Part shown: positions 24,886-34,617 of the stretch, in pieces
Layout of the letters: every line of letters begins with the position of its first letter
How positions within the stretch are numbered: the stretch's first letter is position 1
Assembly: GCA_963731735.1 (NCBI GenBank)
Contig: CAVSWO010000002.1
Span: 564,257-628,256, forward strand
Length of the DNA stretch: 64,000 nt
Direction of reading: 5' to 3'
Source of the DNA: Candidatus Kerfeldbacteria bacterium
GTDB lineage: Bacteria; Patescibacteriota; Patescibacteriia; SBBC01; CAIJZX01
Notes under the pieces: model-generated
The model's database searches: none
Told to the model about the DNA's origin: nothing
What the model saw: only the letters and a program-made list of their open reading frames with translations
Translations under genes and position numbers: made by a program

Positions 24886-27800
24886 ATGCCGCACACGCAC
24901 CTCAAGACTGACCGCCTCCGGACCGCTGAGCCAGCTGTTCGTATTGCTGAACCGCCCAAACGTAAAGGACCAGGCATGAAAATCTCCCGCCGTTGGACAA
25001 CGGCCGGACAAGACCCGCTCGAACAGCTGGAATACGCGATGCGACAATCCGTTATTCGCAATCCGGACGGCACGATCGTCAAAGAAATTACTGACGTTGA
25101 AGTTCCGACCAGCTGGAGCCAGGTGGCGACCGACATCATGGCCCAAAAGTATTTCCGCAAAGCTGGTGTCCCGCAATTTGATGGGCAAGGAAAGCCGCGG
25201 GTGGCGGCCGATGGCCAGCCAATTTTGGGTTCGGAAACGAGCGCCAAGCAGGTCGTCCGACGTTTAGCCGGTACCTGGCGCTGGTGGGGTGAACAGCACG
25301 GCTATTTCGCTTCGACCGATGACGCCCAGGCCTATCAAGATGAAATGGAATATACGCTGATCCGACAGTTTGGCGCGCCGAACTCACCCCAATGGTTTAA
25401 CACCGGCCTTAACAGGTCCTACGGCATAACCGGTTCGCCGCAGGGGCACTACTACATTGATCCGGAAACCGCCGAACTTAAGCGATCGGAAGACGCCTAT
25501 ACGCACCCGCAACCGCACGCCTGCTTTATCCAAAAAGTTGATGATGATCTGGTCAACGAGGGCGGGATTTTTGATCTGGTGACGCGGGAAGCCCGCCTAT
25601 TCAAATTTGGATCCGGCACGGGCAGCAACTTCTCCTCGCTGCGGGGGAAAGGCGAACGCCTCTCCGGCGGCGGCCAGAGCTCCGGGCTGATGTCGTTCCT
25701 GAAAATTTTTGACCGTTCGGCCGGTGCGATTCAATCCGGCGGGACGACCCGGCGAGCCGCCAAGATGGTGGTGGTTGATGTTGATCACCCGGACGTCCAG
25801 GATTTCATTCGCTGGAAAGTTGTGGAAGAACAAAAAGTCGCCGACTTGTATGCCGGCAGCCGGATTAACGCCAAGTACCTGAACGAGATTATGCGGGTGG
25901 CGCATGCCGAGAACTCAATCGATTATCATAAGAACCCCGCTTTGAAAGCGGTCGTTGGCGAGGCGCTCAAGCGCAATGTACCGCTGAATTACGTCTTACG
26001 CGTGTTGGCCCTGGTCGAACAAGGCCAAAGCAGCATTGATTTTCCGACCTACAGCACCCACTTTGAAGATGAAGCCTATCAAACCGTTTCCGGGCAAAAC
26101 GCGAACAATACGGTTCGCGTGACTAATGATTTTATGGAGTCGGTTGAGCGCGATGCGAGCTGGGATTTGATCAACCGAACCACCAACGAACCATCGAAGA
26201 CCTTGCCGGCCCGACAACTTTGGGAAGAAATCGCCCAAGCCGCCTGGGCCTCGGCCGATCCGGGACTGCAATTCGATACCACCATCAACGAATGGCATAC
26301 CTGTCCGGCTGATGGACGGATTAACGCCTCCAACCCGTGCTCGGAATATATGTTCCTGGACGATACGGCCTGCAACCTGGCGTCGATCAACCTGGCCCAC
26401 TTCTATGATACTGACAGTGGCCAAATTGATGTCGAAGCCCTCAAGCACACGACGCGGCTTTGGACCATTACCTTGGAAATATCGGTCTTAATGGCACAAT
26501 TCCCAAGTCGGGAGATTGCGCGCCTGTCGTATATTTATCGCACGCTGGGACTCGGCTATGCCAACTTAGGCAGCGTCTTAATGATGATGGGGGTACCTTA
26601 CGATTCGCCCGAAGCCTTGGCCATTGCCGGATCAATCACGGCTATCATGTGCGGCGAGTCATATGCGACCAGTGCCGAACTAGCCAGCCACCTCGGGCCC
26701 TTCCCGGGCTTCGACCAAAACCGCGACCACATGTTGCGCGTGATTCGCAATCATCGCCGGGCGGCTTACAACGCACCGACCGGGGAATATGAAGGCTTGT
26801 CGATTACGCCGATGGGCATCGATCCAAAACAGGCGCCGGACTACTTAGTTAAACATGCACGGGAAACCTGGGACCGGGCGCTGCAGTGGGGGAAAGAACA
26901 TGGATATCGGAACGCGCAGGTGACGGTGATTGCTCCGACCGGAACCATCGGTCTGTTGATGGACTGCGATACGACCGGTGTTGAGCCGGACTTCGCGATC
27001 GTCAAGTTCAAAAAGCTGGCCGGCGGCGGTTATTTCAAAATCGTCAACCAATCGGTGCCGCGCGCCCTCAAGCGGCTGGGGTATGTGGACGAACAAATTG
27101 AAGCGATCAAAAATTACTCAAAAGGTCACGCGACCTTATCGGGCGCGCCGCATATTGATCACGAGACACTCAAGGCCAAAGGCTTGACCGACGAAGATCT
27201 GGCGAAAGTTGAATTGCAACTGGATTCAGCTTTTGATATCCGTTTTGTCATCAATCCAACCACCTTAGGTGAAGCGGCGATGGAGCGACTGGGTCTCGGC
27301 CAGCACGCCGGCGAGCCAAGTTTCAACGTGCTCGAAGCCATTGGCTTTACCAAAGCCCAAATCGAAGCCGCCAATGAATATGTGGTCGGGACAATGACGA
27401 TCGAAGGCGCGCCCTTCCTCAAACCCGAGCATTACCCGATATTTGATTGCGCCAACAAGTGCGGCGTGAAAGGCGAACGGTACATTCCGTACACCGCGCA
27501 CATCAAAATGATGGCCGCCGTCCAGCCCTTTATCTCCGGTGCGATTTCGAAAACCATTAACATGCCGAACGACGCCACGATTGAAGAGGTGAAACAAGTG
27601 CACGATGATTCCTGGAAACTCATGCTTAAGGCCATCGCCCTCTATCGTGATGGATCAAAACTGTCACAACCGCTCAACTCGGTCAATGTGGATGATGAAT
27701 TAGCCGCCTTGGGCGTGGCCGAAGACGATGTGGCCGAACCGACTCCGCAAGTCATGAACGATATCGCAGCCGTTCGCGCGATCAAGGAAAAACTGCCGCC

Positions 27801-28392
27801 GAAACGCGTCGGTTGGACGCAGGAAGCGATTGTTGGCGGACACAAAGTTTTCATTAGAACAGGTGAGTACAACGATGGCCGCTTGGGTGAAGTCTTCATT
27901 GATATGTATAAAGATGGTGCCGCCTATCGTTCACTCATCAACTGCTTCGCCATCCTGGTCTCCAAGAGTCTCCAGTACGGCATGCCGCTTGAGGAACTGG
28001 TCGATACTTTCACCTTTACCCGGTTTGAACCGTCCGGCATGGTTCAGGGGCACTCGAACATACGCTTCTCGACCTCCATCCTGGACTACATTTTCCGCTT
28101 GCTGGGATATGAATATCTGAACCGCGAAGACCTGGTCCAAATCAAACCGGAACACAGCAACGGCGAAGAAAACTCCACCAGTGCCACGCACGACACACCA
28201 CCACCGGCGGTCTCCAAACCGGCCGCCCAGCCGTCTGCCCCCGCCACGTCGATCATAGGCGATGACCGTTCTCAAGCGCGCGCCCAAGGCTTTACCGGCG
28301 ATACTTGCTCCAGCTGCGGCTCGATGAAAATGAAGCGCAACGGATCCTGCATGGTTTGTATTGAGTGTGGGACAACCACGGGGTGTTCCTAA
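24886..28392 (+). CDS. nrdJ: Adenosylcobalamin-dependent (class II) ribonucleotide reductase
   Basis: [34 protein letters not shown]-terminal TSCPD domain and Zn ribbon; start could be 24976. Confidence 0.97.
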   Translation: MPHTHLKTDRLRTAEPAVRIAEPPKRKGPGMKISRRWTTAGQDPLEQLEYAMRQSVIRNPDGTIVKEITDVEVPTSWSQVATDIMAQKYFRKAGVPQFDGQGKPRVAADGQPILGSETSAKQVVRRLAGTWRWWGEQHGYFASTDDAQAYQDEMEYTLIRQFGAPNSPQWFNTGLNRSYGITGSPQGHYYIDPETAELKRSEDAYTHPQPHACFIQKVDDDLVNEGGIFDLVTREARLFKFGSGTGSNFSSLRGKGERLSGGGQSSGLMSFLKIFDRSAGAIQSGGTTRRAAKMVVVDVDHPDVQDFIRWKVVEEQKVADLYAGSRINAKYLNEIMRVAHAENSIDYHKNPALKAVVGEALKRNVPLNYVLRVLALVEQGQSSIDFPTYSTHFEDEAYQTVSGQNANNTVRVTNDFMESVERDASWDLINRTTNEPSKTLPARQLWEEIAQAAWASADPGLQFDTTINEWHTCPADGRINASNPCSEYMFLDDTACNLASINLAHFYDTDSGQIDVEALKHTTRLWTITLEISVLMAQFPSREIARLSYIYRTLGLGYANLGSVLMMMGVPYDSPEALAIAGSITAIMCGESYATSAELASHLGPFPGFDQNRDHMLRVIRNHRRAAYNAPTGEYEGLSITPMGIDPKQAPDYLVKHARETWDRALQWGKEHGYRNAQVTVIAPTGTIGLLMDCDTTGVEPDFAIVKFKKLAGGGYFKIVNQSVPRALKRLGYVDEQIEAIKNYSKGHATLSGAPHIDHETLKAKGLTDEDLAKVELQLDSAFDIRFVINPTTLGEAAMERLGLGQHAGEPSFNVLEAIGFTKAQIEAANEYVVGTMTIEGAPFLKPEHYPIFDCANKCGVKGERYIPYTAHIKMMAAVQPFISGAISKTINMPNDATIEEVKQVHDDSWKLMLKAIALYRDGSKLSQPLNSVNVDDELAALGVAEDDVAEPTPQVMNDIAAVRAIKEKLPPKRVGWTQEAIVGGHKVFIRTGEYNDGRLGEVFIDMYKDGAAYRSLINCFAILVSKSLQYGMPLEELVDTFTFTRFEPSGMVQGHSNIRFSTSILDYIFRLLGYEYLNREDLVQIKPEHSNGEENSTSATHDTPPPAVSKPAAQPSAPATSIIGDDRSQARAQGFTGDTCSSCGSMKMKRNGSCMVCIECGTTTGCS

Positions 28393-28447
28393 ACACTAAT
28401 CACCATTCGATGGGCGGTACCGAAAGTGAAGGATAACTAAAACAAAC

Positions 28448-28476
28448 GGCCCGGCCGAGCTTTGCTCGGCCGGGTC
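28448..28476. terminator. GC-rich hairpin downstream of nrdJ
   Basis: GGCCCGGCCGAGC-TTT-GCTCGGCCGGGTC; no strong U tract. Confidence 0.45.
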
Positions 28477-28500
28477 ACAAAACTCAAGCGGTGTCTTCAT

Positions 28501-28845
28501 ATGCCAAATCCACAAATTAGTCAGCCACCCCAAAAACCTAGCCAGCCTAAAGACAATTCCATTCTCGGGACCGGCCTGGGTTGTCTCGGGTTGATTATTT
28601 TTGTTATTGTTTTCGTCTTGTGGTTTCAGGCGGGTTGGGCTGGTAAAACCGGTGGTCAAATTCCTTTCTATATTTTTCTACTACTGTTTTTTGCTACCGT
28701 ATTTTGGATGAGTTGGCGGGATATGATTCGCCGTCTTGAACAGGGTAAAGCGAAGTTAGGCACAAACAAACTCTGGATGGTTCTTTCGGCCATCCTATTC
28801 GTGATGACTTTGGTAAATTTCATTTCTCTCATTACCTCGAGTTGA
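28501..28845 (+). CDS. Small 3-TM membrane protein
   Basis: Three hydrophobic segments; ATG at 28501. Confidence 0.75.
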   Translation: MPNPQISQPPQKPSQPKDNSILGTGLGCLGLIIFVIVFVLWFQAGWAGKTGGQIPFYIFLLLFFATVFWMSWRDMIRRLEQGKAKLGTNKLWMVLSAILFVMTLVNFISLITSS

Positions 28846-28881
28846 GTGGTACTGGACAAGAAATAATGTTATCCTAGAATC

Positions 28882-29229
28882 ATGACTGATACAACTTCAA
28901 AAACCCAAAAAGTAAAGGCCGAAATTAAGAAAGAAGTGGATAAGATTCCGCCTACCTCGGACCAGAACCTGCTGGCCGCGTTATCGTACGCCTGGGTGAT
29001 TAGCTTAGTGATGCTGCTGATTAAGCGTCACGATGAGTACATCCAGTTTCACGCCAAGCAGGGAGTAATTTTATGGATTGCCTCACTTTTCGCGTTTATT
29101 CCGGGCCTGGGCTTTATTATCTGGGCATTGTCAATTGCCGGCATGGTCATCGGATTCATCAACGCCTGGCAGGGCAAGCGCAACAAGTTACCATTCGTCT
29201 ATAACTTGAGCCGGAAGATTAATTTCTAA
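28882..29229 (+). CDS. DUF4870/Tic20-like membrane protein
   Basis: AALSY, YIQFHAKQG, GFINAWQGK..KLP. Confidence 0.85.
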   Translation: MTDTTSKTQKVKAEIKKEVDKIPPTSDQNLLAALSYAWVISLVMLLIKRHDEYIQFHAKQGVILWIASLFAFIPGLGFIIWALSIAGMVIGFINAWQGKRNKLPFVYNLSRKINF

Positions 29230-29249
29230 ACAGAGCCGGAGAAGAAAAT

Positions 29250-29639
29250 ATGGCCGGTAATCAGACACGCAGTAACCCATTCAGTCTGGCACAGCTTGTG
29301 CTTTTGATAACACTGACCCTCTTTGTCGTTGCTCTATTCAGCTTTCCGTTTAGTTCGATCAATCCAAACTGGTTTCTGTGGCTATTCTCTCTCACGTTGG
29401 GCTTCGGCATTATTGTTTTAGTGTCGGAGATTATCCGGCATAGAAAAAAGCCAAAGGACGGTGTCGCGGGGACGGGGTATCTGCGCACAATAGGAAATAT
29501 CTGGGGTACGATCCTTTGGATCGGCCTTGGAGTAGTATTTCTTGCTCTAGCTGGGCAATATAGGAATGTCTGGTTCCTTGCCCCGGTTGTGCTTGGAATA
29601 ATTTGGCGTACGATCATTATCCGGCGCCGCAATGCCTGA
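29250..29639 (+). CDS. Small multi-TM membrane protein
   Basis: About four hydrophobic segments. Confidence 0.7.
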   Translation: MAGNQTRSNPFSLAQLVLLITLTLFVVALFSFPFSSINPNWFLWLFSLTLGFGIIVLVSEIIRHRKKPKDGVAGTGYLRTIGNIWGTILWIGLGVVFLALAGQYRNVWFLAPVVLGIIWRTIIIRRRNA

Positions 29640-29734
29640 ATGGGCCTGGAATAGCGGCAAGACAAAGGCTTTTTCAAGACTAACATATTCAGCAATGGCG
29701 AAGCCTGCTCCCCAAAAACTACGAGTCAATAGTC

Positions 29735-30070
29735 ATGATTGACCCGACCTATAAGAAAATTATTATCCGGGGACTGTGGTACGCCCTGGTAACTATTATA
29801 GTCTACCTCATTGTAGGGAATGTCTGGTTTAAAGATGATCCGTGGGGGGCCTTTGTAGTTGGCCCCTTTCTTCAGTTTGGCGTCGCCATAGCGGTGGTGC
29901 TTGCTGGCGAACTTTGGTGGAACAGAAAAAAATCTCAAGGTAGCATGCCTCAATCGAACGGTGGTACGTACAAGAAGGCCGGCTCTGCGTACTGGCTTCG
30001 AATATGGATTATTATCATTGGCTTGATAGCTCTCTATATCGGATTTTTCTTTCTGATGCCGTATTTATAA
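29735..30070 (+). CDS. Small 3-TM membrane protein
   Basis: Three hydrophobic segments with a basic loop. Confidence 0.7.
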   Translation: MIDPTYKKIIIRGLWYALVTIIVYLIVGNVWFKDDPWGAFVVGPFLQFGVAIAVVLAGELWWNRKKSQGSMPQSNGGTYKKAGSAYWLRIWIIIIGLIALYIGFFFLMPYL

Positions 30071-30090
30071 TATACAAGGATTATTTACTC

Positions 30091-31074
30091 ATGTTTTTGG
30101 AACAGGCATCCAGCAAAATAAATTTTTCACCCCGTGCGGTTGTCACAACCCAGACTTTGCTCATTACTGTGCTCTTTGTTTATTTTGCTTGGGCGGCAGC
30201 GGATTTCGTCGCTGGGTATAATTACATCGGACCGCTCGAACTCATTCCTGCAGAAAACCCAACGCTCGAGGAATTCTATCCACGGGTGATTCCCTACGCG
30301 TTATTCCTTCTGTTGGAACTTGGGGTGTTACGGGGACTGTGGCGTGGAGGGAAAGAGTCTCGATGGTTGATGACAACCACGATTGTGATTGCGGCCTTGG
30401 TCGTCGGACTGTCCGGATTGGCAGGGGCGGTCCTGAGCGGTAGTTACCTGGCCCTGTTATCAGGATTCCTACCCTTGCTCGTGTATTTCGGAATCCGGGT
30501 TTGGCAATTTAACCAATTCAACCAATGGATGGCCCAGCGGGGCGCAGAAAAGCCGCCGCGTCGGGTTTGGCTATCGACCCCCTTTTTTCTTCTCGCGGGG
30601 GTGTTGGTGGTTGTTGGATTTACTGGGCTAACCTATGTTTGGGAAAAACGCATTGCGGCCACGCTCAGTGATGAGTCAGGGTTCGATGACCGGCCGTTTA
30701 CTACCCCAGACCTACAAGCCAAAATTGATTTCTACGATGCCCGTGATGCGATTCCGAAAATTTTTCAAATCGGTGAGGGCGGTGTCGATACGTACCTTTA
30801 TATCAAACGAATCAATGGGGAGCATGTATTTGATGCAATCCTTACTTTTTCCTACCAATTGCCTAATAACTCAACACCTGAAACAGGCAAGGTGTCATTC
30901 AGCTACCTAGACCAAGGAACCAAAATTATTGCCCCGGTTGGAACAATTATCACGCCAACTAATATTGAATCCGACGAAGAGATCGGTGAAATTGAAACAC
31001 AACCTTTCGAGGTGGTCCCTGAAGGAACGTCTCCCCTTTATTATTTCAACGAATTCGAGATCAAGGTTTATTAA
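30091..31074 (+). CDS. Multi-TM protein with extracytoplasmic C-domain
   Basis: About five TMs then an acidic beta-rich domain; ATG at 30091. Confidence 0.75.
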   Translation: MFLEQASSKINFSPRAVVTTQTLLITVLFVYFAWAAADFVAGYNYIGPLELIPAENPTLEEFYPRVIPYALFLLLELGVLRGLWRGGKESRWLMTTTIVIAALVVGLSGLAGAVLSGSYLALLSGFLPLLVYFGIRVWQFNQFNQWMAQRGAEKPPRRVWLSTPFFLLAGVLVVVGFTGLTYVWEKRIAATLSDESGFDDRPFTTPDLQAKIDFYDARDAIPKIFQIGEGGVDTYLYIKRINGEHVFDAILTFSYQLPNNSTPETGKVSFSYLDQGTKIIAPVGTIITPTNIESDEEIGEIETQPFEVVPEGTSPLYYFNEFEIKVY

Positions 31075-31157
31075 ACATGTACAAACCGGAATAAACCGTG
31101 TTCGATTCCCCGCGCCCGTCACTTCACTCTAGGGGGCAATGATCGTTAACTGTACTT

Positions 31158-31733
31158 ATGAAGAAAAAAGCACCTAAGAAACTTCGCACAGCCGAGAGGG
31201 GACTCACTCATGCGTATATTGGTGATGGGAAAGGCAAAACCACGGCCGCGGTTGGGGTGGCGGTGCGGGCGGCCGGATACGGCTGGAAAGTCTGTTTTTT
31301 GCAATTCATGAAAGAGGCCAAGTGGCCGAGCGGAGAACGCCAAAGCCTGGCGAAACTTGGGATAGAAGTGTTGGTCATGGGTGAAGGATTTTTCAAGATT
31401 CTGAATGACCGGAAACCGGAGGAGCAGCACCAAGCGGCCGCTTTGCGCGCGCTTGAAGTCGTCCATGACAAAGTGTTTTCGGGCGACTATCAACTCGTCG
31501 TGGCGGATGAACTTGGGTCAGCGGTTGAGGAAAAGGTGCTCGAGCGCAAACCGGTTGAAAGCTTTTTGCAGTCCAGGGCCAAAGATACGCGCGCCAAGAT
31601 GGTTCATTTTATCTGGACGGGCCATAAAAAAATTCCGTGGATGTTGAAGTACGCTGATCTCGTGACTGATATGCAAATGGTTAAACACCCGTACTACAAG
31701 GGGATAATAGCGACCAAGGGATTGGATTTCTAG
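31158..31733 (+). CDS. cobO: Cob(I)alamin adenosyltransferase (CobO/BtuR family)
   Basis: YIGDGKGKTTAAVG..VRAAG, QFMK, LVVADE, ADLVTDM..VKHPY..GI.A..GLDF. Confidence 0.93.
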   Translation: MKKKAPKKLRTAERGLTHAYIGDGKGKTTAAVGVAVRAAGYGWKVCFLQFMKEAKWPSGERQSLAKLGIEVLVMGEGFFKILNDRKPEEQHQAAALRALEVVHDKVFSGDYQLVVADELGSAVEEKVLERKPVESFLQSRAKDTRAKMVHFIWTGHKKIPWMLKYADLVTDMQMVKHPYYKGIIATKGLDF

Positions 31734-31739
31734 CAACAC

Positions 31740-31800
31740 TCGCAGGCGCGGGTTTCCAGCGAAGCTGGATTGGCTATGCCACATAAACCCGCGCTTGCGA
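31740..31800. repeat. Branched inverted repeat (REP-like or terminator)
   Basis: TCGCAGGCGCGGGTTT...AAACCCGCGCTTGCGA enclosing CCAGCGAAGCTGG and TGGCTATGCCA hairpins. Confidence 0.6.
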
Positions 31801-31849
31801 AAAAGGGCTTCCACCAAGCTTGACCCATCATCGCAAGGGAACTACAATA

Positions 31850-32113
31850 AAAACCGGTAAGCAGGTGAGTTCCCTCGCACCGCTGGCGCTTCGGGACAAG
31901 TCCTGCAGGGTCCCGCCACCGTACACTCGGACACCTTTCCCAAGAAGTCGCTTGGGATAAAGATAAGACCTTCGTGGAGAGGCAGTATGTCTGCTGTATC
32001 CCTGAGCGTAGCGAGGGGTCTCAGAACCCGAAGGGGTATGGAGATCCTTCACCCAGCGTAGCTGGGTTCAGGAATACACGCCGAATACCTGCTGTTCTAC
32101 GACGGCAGGGGAT
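31850..32113 (+). ncRNA. Cobalamin riboswitch-like element with large insertions
   Basis: GGTAA-GCAGG-TGAG..AAGT-CCTGC (P4-like), GGTCCCGCCACCGT (P5/L5-like), CCGAATACCTGC (B12-box-like), downstream hairpin then GGGGA; precedes DUF4430/DUF6580 genes and follows cobO. Confidence 0.6.
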
Positions 32114-32135
32114 TTATCATTAGACATTCATACCA

Positions 32136-32516
32136 ATGTCACTCAAAAAGATCCTACTGCCCGTCGCCCTTAGTGCCTTACTGCTCGGCGCCGGTTGCAG
32201 TTTTACTCAGACGGTCAACGTCAATCAGACGACCACCACCAACACGATCAACAGCCAAACGGCTGAAGTTTGCCAACCCTCGGACCGCTGCGTCCAATAT
32301 GCTGGTCAGGACGGTAAAAACGCGTTAGAATTACTCCAGTCAGACCACCAGGTCGACGTCAGCGACCAAGGATTTGTCAACGCGATTGATGGCGTCGAAC
32401 CAGGGGATCGAGAATTTTGGGCCTTATATGTCAACGGTGAACAAGCGCAAGTCGGCGCGAAAGACTACCATACGAAAGACGGTGAAACGATCGAGTGGAC
32501 GCTCGAAAGTTTCTAG
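32136..32516 (+). CDS. DUF4430 lipoprotein (transcobalamin C-domain-like, putative B12 binding)
   Basis: Lipobox LLGAGC; GKNALELL, FVNAIDG, FWALYVNGEQAQVGAKDY..KDGETIEW. Confidence 0.88.
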   Translation: MSLKKILLPVALSALLLGAGCSFTQTVNVNQTTTTNTINSQTAEVCQPSDRCVQYAGQDGKNALELLQSDHQVDVSDQGFVNAIDGVEPGDREFWALYVNGEQAQVGAKDYHTKDGETIEWTLESF

Positions 32517-33138
32517 TCGCCGGATAACCCGGAAACGATCGTCCTTGACGCAAGCCGTTAAGCCGCCGGTCGCGGCGGCGCCGCGACCGGCGGCGATCAA
32601 CGCGCAGTTGATGCACCAATCATCGATTGTTCCAACCGCGGCGCGTGAACCGGTGACGCCGAAGACCTTGCCGCACCGTGCCAAGTTGGCCAACGAACAT
32701 GATTGGGCGGCCAAGTCACTGATCGGTGTCATGGCGGCGGTGCTGGCGGCAATTATCCTGATTCCGGTTTGGCTAAGTCAGCGGCCGGGGCCGACCAGCC
32801 TGCCGGCGGAGGTGCTGGGTGAAAGTCAGACCCGGCCACTGGTCGTCACCGTGAATGTCACCTTGGCCGGAACGACCCAGCGGACGCTGGTTAGTCCGAG
32901 CAGCGGTATGCCGGCCGAAGCTTTGGCCCAGGCGGCTAAAAATTTTCACACCGAATTTACCTATCGCACCAACGCGGGCGCGATCGCGGTCACCTCCTTT
33001 TTCGATCACCCCAACGGATCTGCCGGTTATTGGCAAACATCAATCAACGGCCACATCCTGACCGATCTCCAAAGCCAACCGTTGCGGCAGGCCGACACCT
33101 TACTTCTTGAATGGATACCCACTAACTCCAATGCGTAA
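32428..33138 (+). CDS. Membrane-anchored divergent DUF4430-like protein
   Basis: Single TM then AVTSF..HPNG..GYWQTSING...LRQADTLLLEW; start unresolved (32428 overlapping, 32545 or 32611). Confidence 0.65.
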   Translation: MSTVNKRKSARKTTIRKTVKRSSGRSKVSSRRITRKRSSLTQAVKPPVAAAPRPAAINAQLMHQSSIVPTAAREPVTPKTLPHRAKLANEHDWAAKSLIGVMAAVLAAIILIPVWLSQRPGPTSLPAEVLGESQTRPLVVTVNVTLAGTTQRTLVSPSSGMPAEALAQAAKNFHTEFTYRTNAGAIAVTSFFDHPNGSAGYWQTSINGHILTDLQSQPLRQADTLLLEWIPTNSNA

Positions 33139-33691
33139 TCGTTTTCTTCCAATTTTGATGGCGGTTTTTCTGATTTTGGCCGGCGTTGTCTTACGCATTG
33201 CTCGGCACTACGGATGGATTGATCTGCCGCCGAACGTGGCCCCGGTGGCCGCCATGGCAATGTTTAGTGCGGTGTATTTACCGCGTCGCCTGGCGGTGAT
33301 CGTGCCGCTCGGACTGATGGCGCTGAGCGATCTCGTCATCGGCTGGTATGAGCCGGGCGTGATGGCGGCGGTCTACGCGAGTTTTGGATTGAGCTTGATG
33401 CTGGGGTGGTGGCTCAAACGAAAAGTGACGGTTGGCCGACTGATTGGGGCCAGCCTGTTTGGCTCCATCGCATTTTTTCTGATTACGAACGGCGCCGTGG
33501 CCATCTTCGGCCACGGGTATGGAACCGGATCGGCCGGCTTGCTCCAAGCCTACGTGCAAGGCTTGCCGTTTTTCCGAAACACCGTGCTCGGCGACTTGGC
33601 GTATAGCGGACTGTTCTTTGGGCTCTACAATGCTGTCGTGGTATACTCAACCAAGCGAGTACCAGCCGCGACAACATTGACCCATGGCTGA
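33131..33691 (+). CDS. DUF6580 family membrane transport protein (S-component-like)
   Basis: PPNVAPVAAMAMFS, PLGLMALSDL, FFLITNG, YVQGLPFFRNTVLGDL. Confidence 0.85.
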   Translation: MRNRFLPILMAVFLILAGVVLRIARHYGWIDLPPNVAPVAAMAMFSAVYLPRRLAVIVPLGLMALSDLVIGWYEPGVMAAVYASFGLSLMLGWWLKRKVTVGRLIGASLFGSIAFFLITNGAVAIFGHGYGTGSAGLLQAYVQGLPFFRNTVLGDLAYSGLFFGLYNAVVVYSTKRVPAATTLTHG

Positions 33692-34613
33692 TTACCGACG
33701 ATATCAACCCCGGCGTGCCCGGGCGTCACGAAGCTTCCCGTGGAAACGGATAGTTTTTGGCGCGCTCGTGCTGGGCCTCGGGTATTACGTCATCCAAGTT
33801 TTTTTTGGAAACCCCCAGACCCAAATCAGCCAAACCAATCAGTCGACGAATAGCGACGGTGTGCGACTGATAACTGATAACGCCAACGGGACTACCACGA
33901 ACCAAGCGGTACCGACCAACACCAATACGCCAGCCAACGACAACACCAACCTGGAGACCAATACCAACACCGCCGTTGCACCGCCGGACGGTAGCTTGGT
34001 ATCGCTTGAGAACTGCGACCGAGCCATCTCTGCGTATGGGCAAGCCAAGGACGTGGCGCTGACCTTTAACTTGGTGGCGGCTAATGACGCCACCGAAAAA
34101 GTCGCCGATGCTTTACGCGAGCACGGGCTGACCGCTAGCTTTTTCGTGACCGGGGAATTCGCCCAAACCAATGCACAACTCCTCAAAAATCTGTCCCTCG
34201 AAGGTCACGGAATATATAATCGCACGCAGTCCAATGCCCGGCTGACGGAGCTAAGTGCCGACCAGGTCACCAGCCAGTTGGCTGATGCGGATGCCGCTAT
34301 TCAAGCGGCCACCGGAGTCAGCTCAAAACCATTTGTCCGACCGCCGTTCGGCGACAGTAATGACCGCGTTGTATCGACCGCCAAATCCGCCGGGTACTGT
34401 ACGATGCTTTGGACGGTGGATGGATTTGACTGGCAATCGGACGCGACCGCCCAGGCATCATTTCAGCGGATCGCGGCCCAACTTCGCCCGGGCGCAATCA
34501 TACTGTTGAGTGCCGGATATGACGTCACGCCTGAGGTGGTGACCTTGCTGGCGGCGGAACTTGAAAAACAAGGCTATTCCGCGGTATCATTAGTGGACTT
34601 ACTGACGCAATAA
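33684..34613 (+). CDS. Membrane-anchored polysaccharide deacetylase (NodB/CE4) homolog with degenerate active site
   Basis: ALTF, ASFFVTG, FVRPPFG, LWTVDGFDW, PGAIILL present; DDG and HxxxH motifs replaced. Confidence 0.85.
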   Translation: MADYRRYQPRRARASRSFPWKRIVFGALVLGLGYYVIQVFFGNPQTQISQTNQSTNSDGVRLITDNANGTTTNQAVPTNTNTPANDNTNLETNTNTAVAPPDGSLVSLENCDRAISAYGQAKDVALTFNLVAANDATEKVADALREHGLTASFFVTGEFAQTNAQLLKNLSLEGHGIYNRTQSNARLTELSADQVTSQLADADAAIQAATGVSSKPFVRPPFGDSNDRVVSTAKSAGYCTMLWTVDGFDWQSDATAQASFQRIAAQLRPGAIILLSAGYDVTPEVVTLLAAELEKQGYSAVSLVDLLTQ

Positions 34614-34617
34614 TACT

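Noticed and set aside
24886-28392. Intein or intron in the long nrdJ
   Set aside because: No intein splice-junction or LAGLIDADG motifs seen; length fits long-form NrdJ with a TSCPD tail
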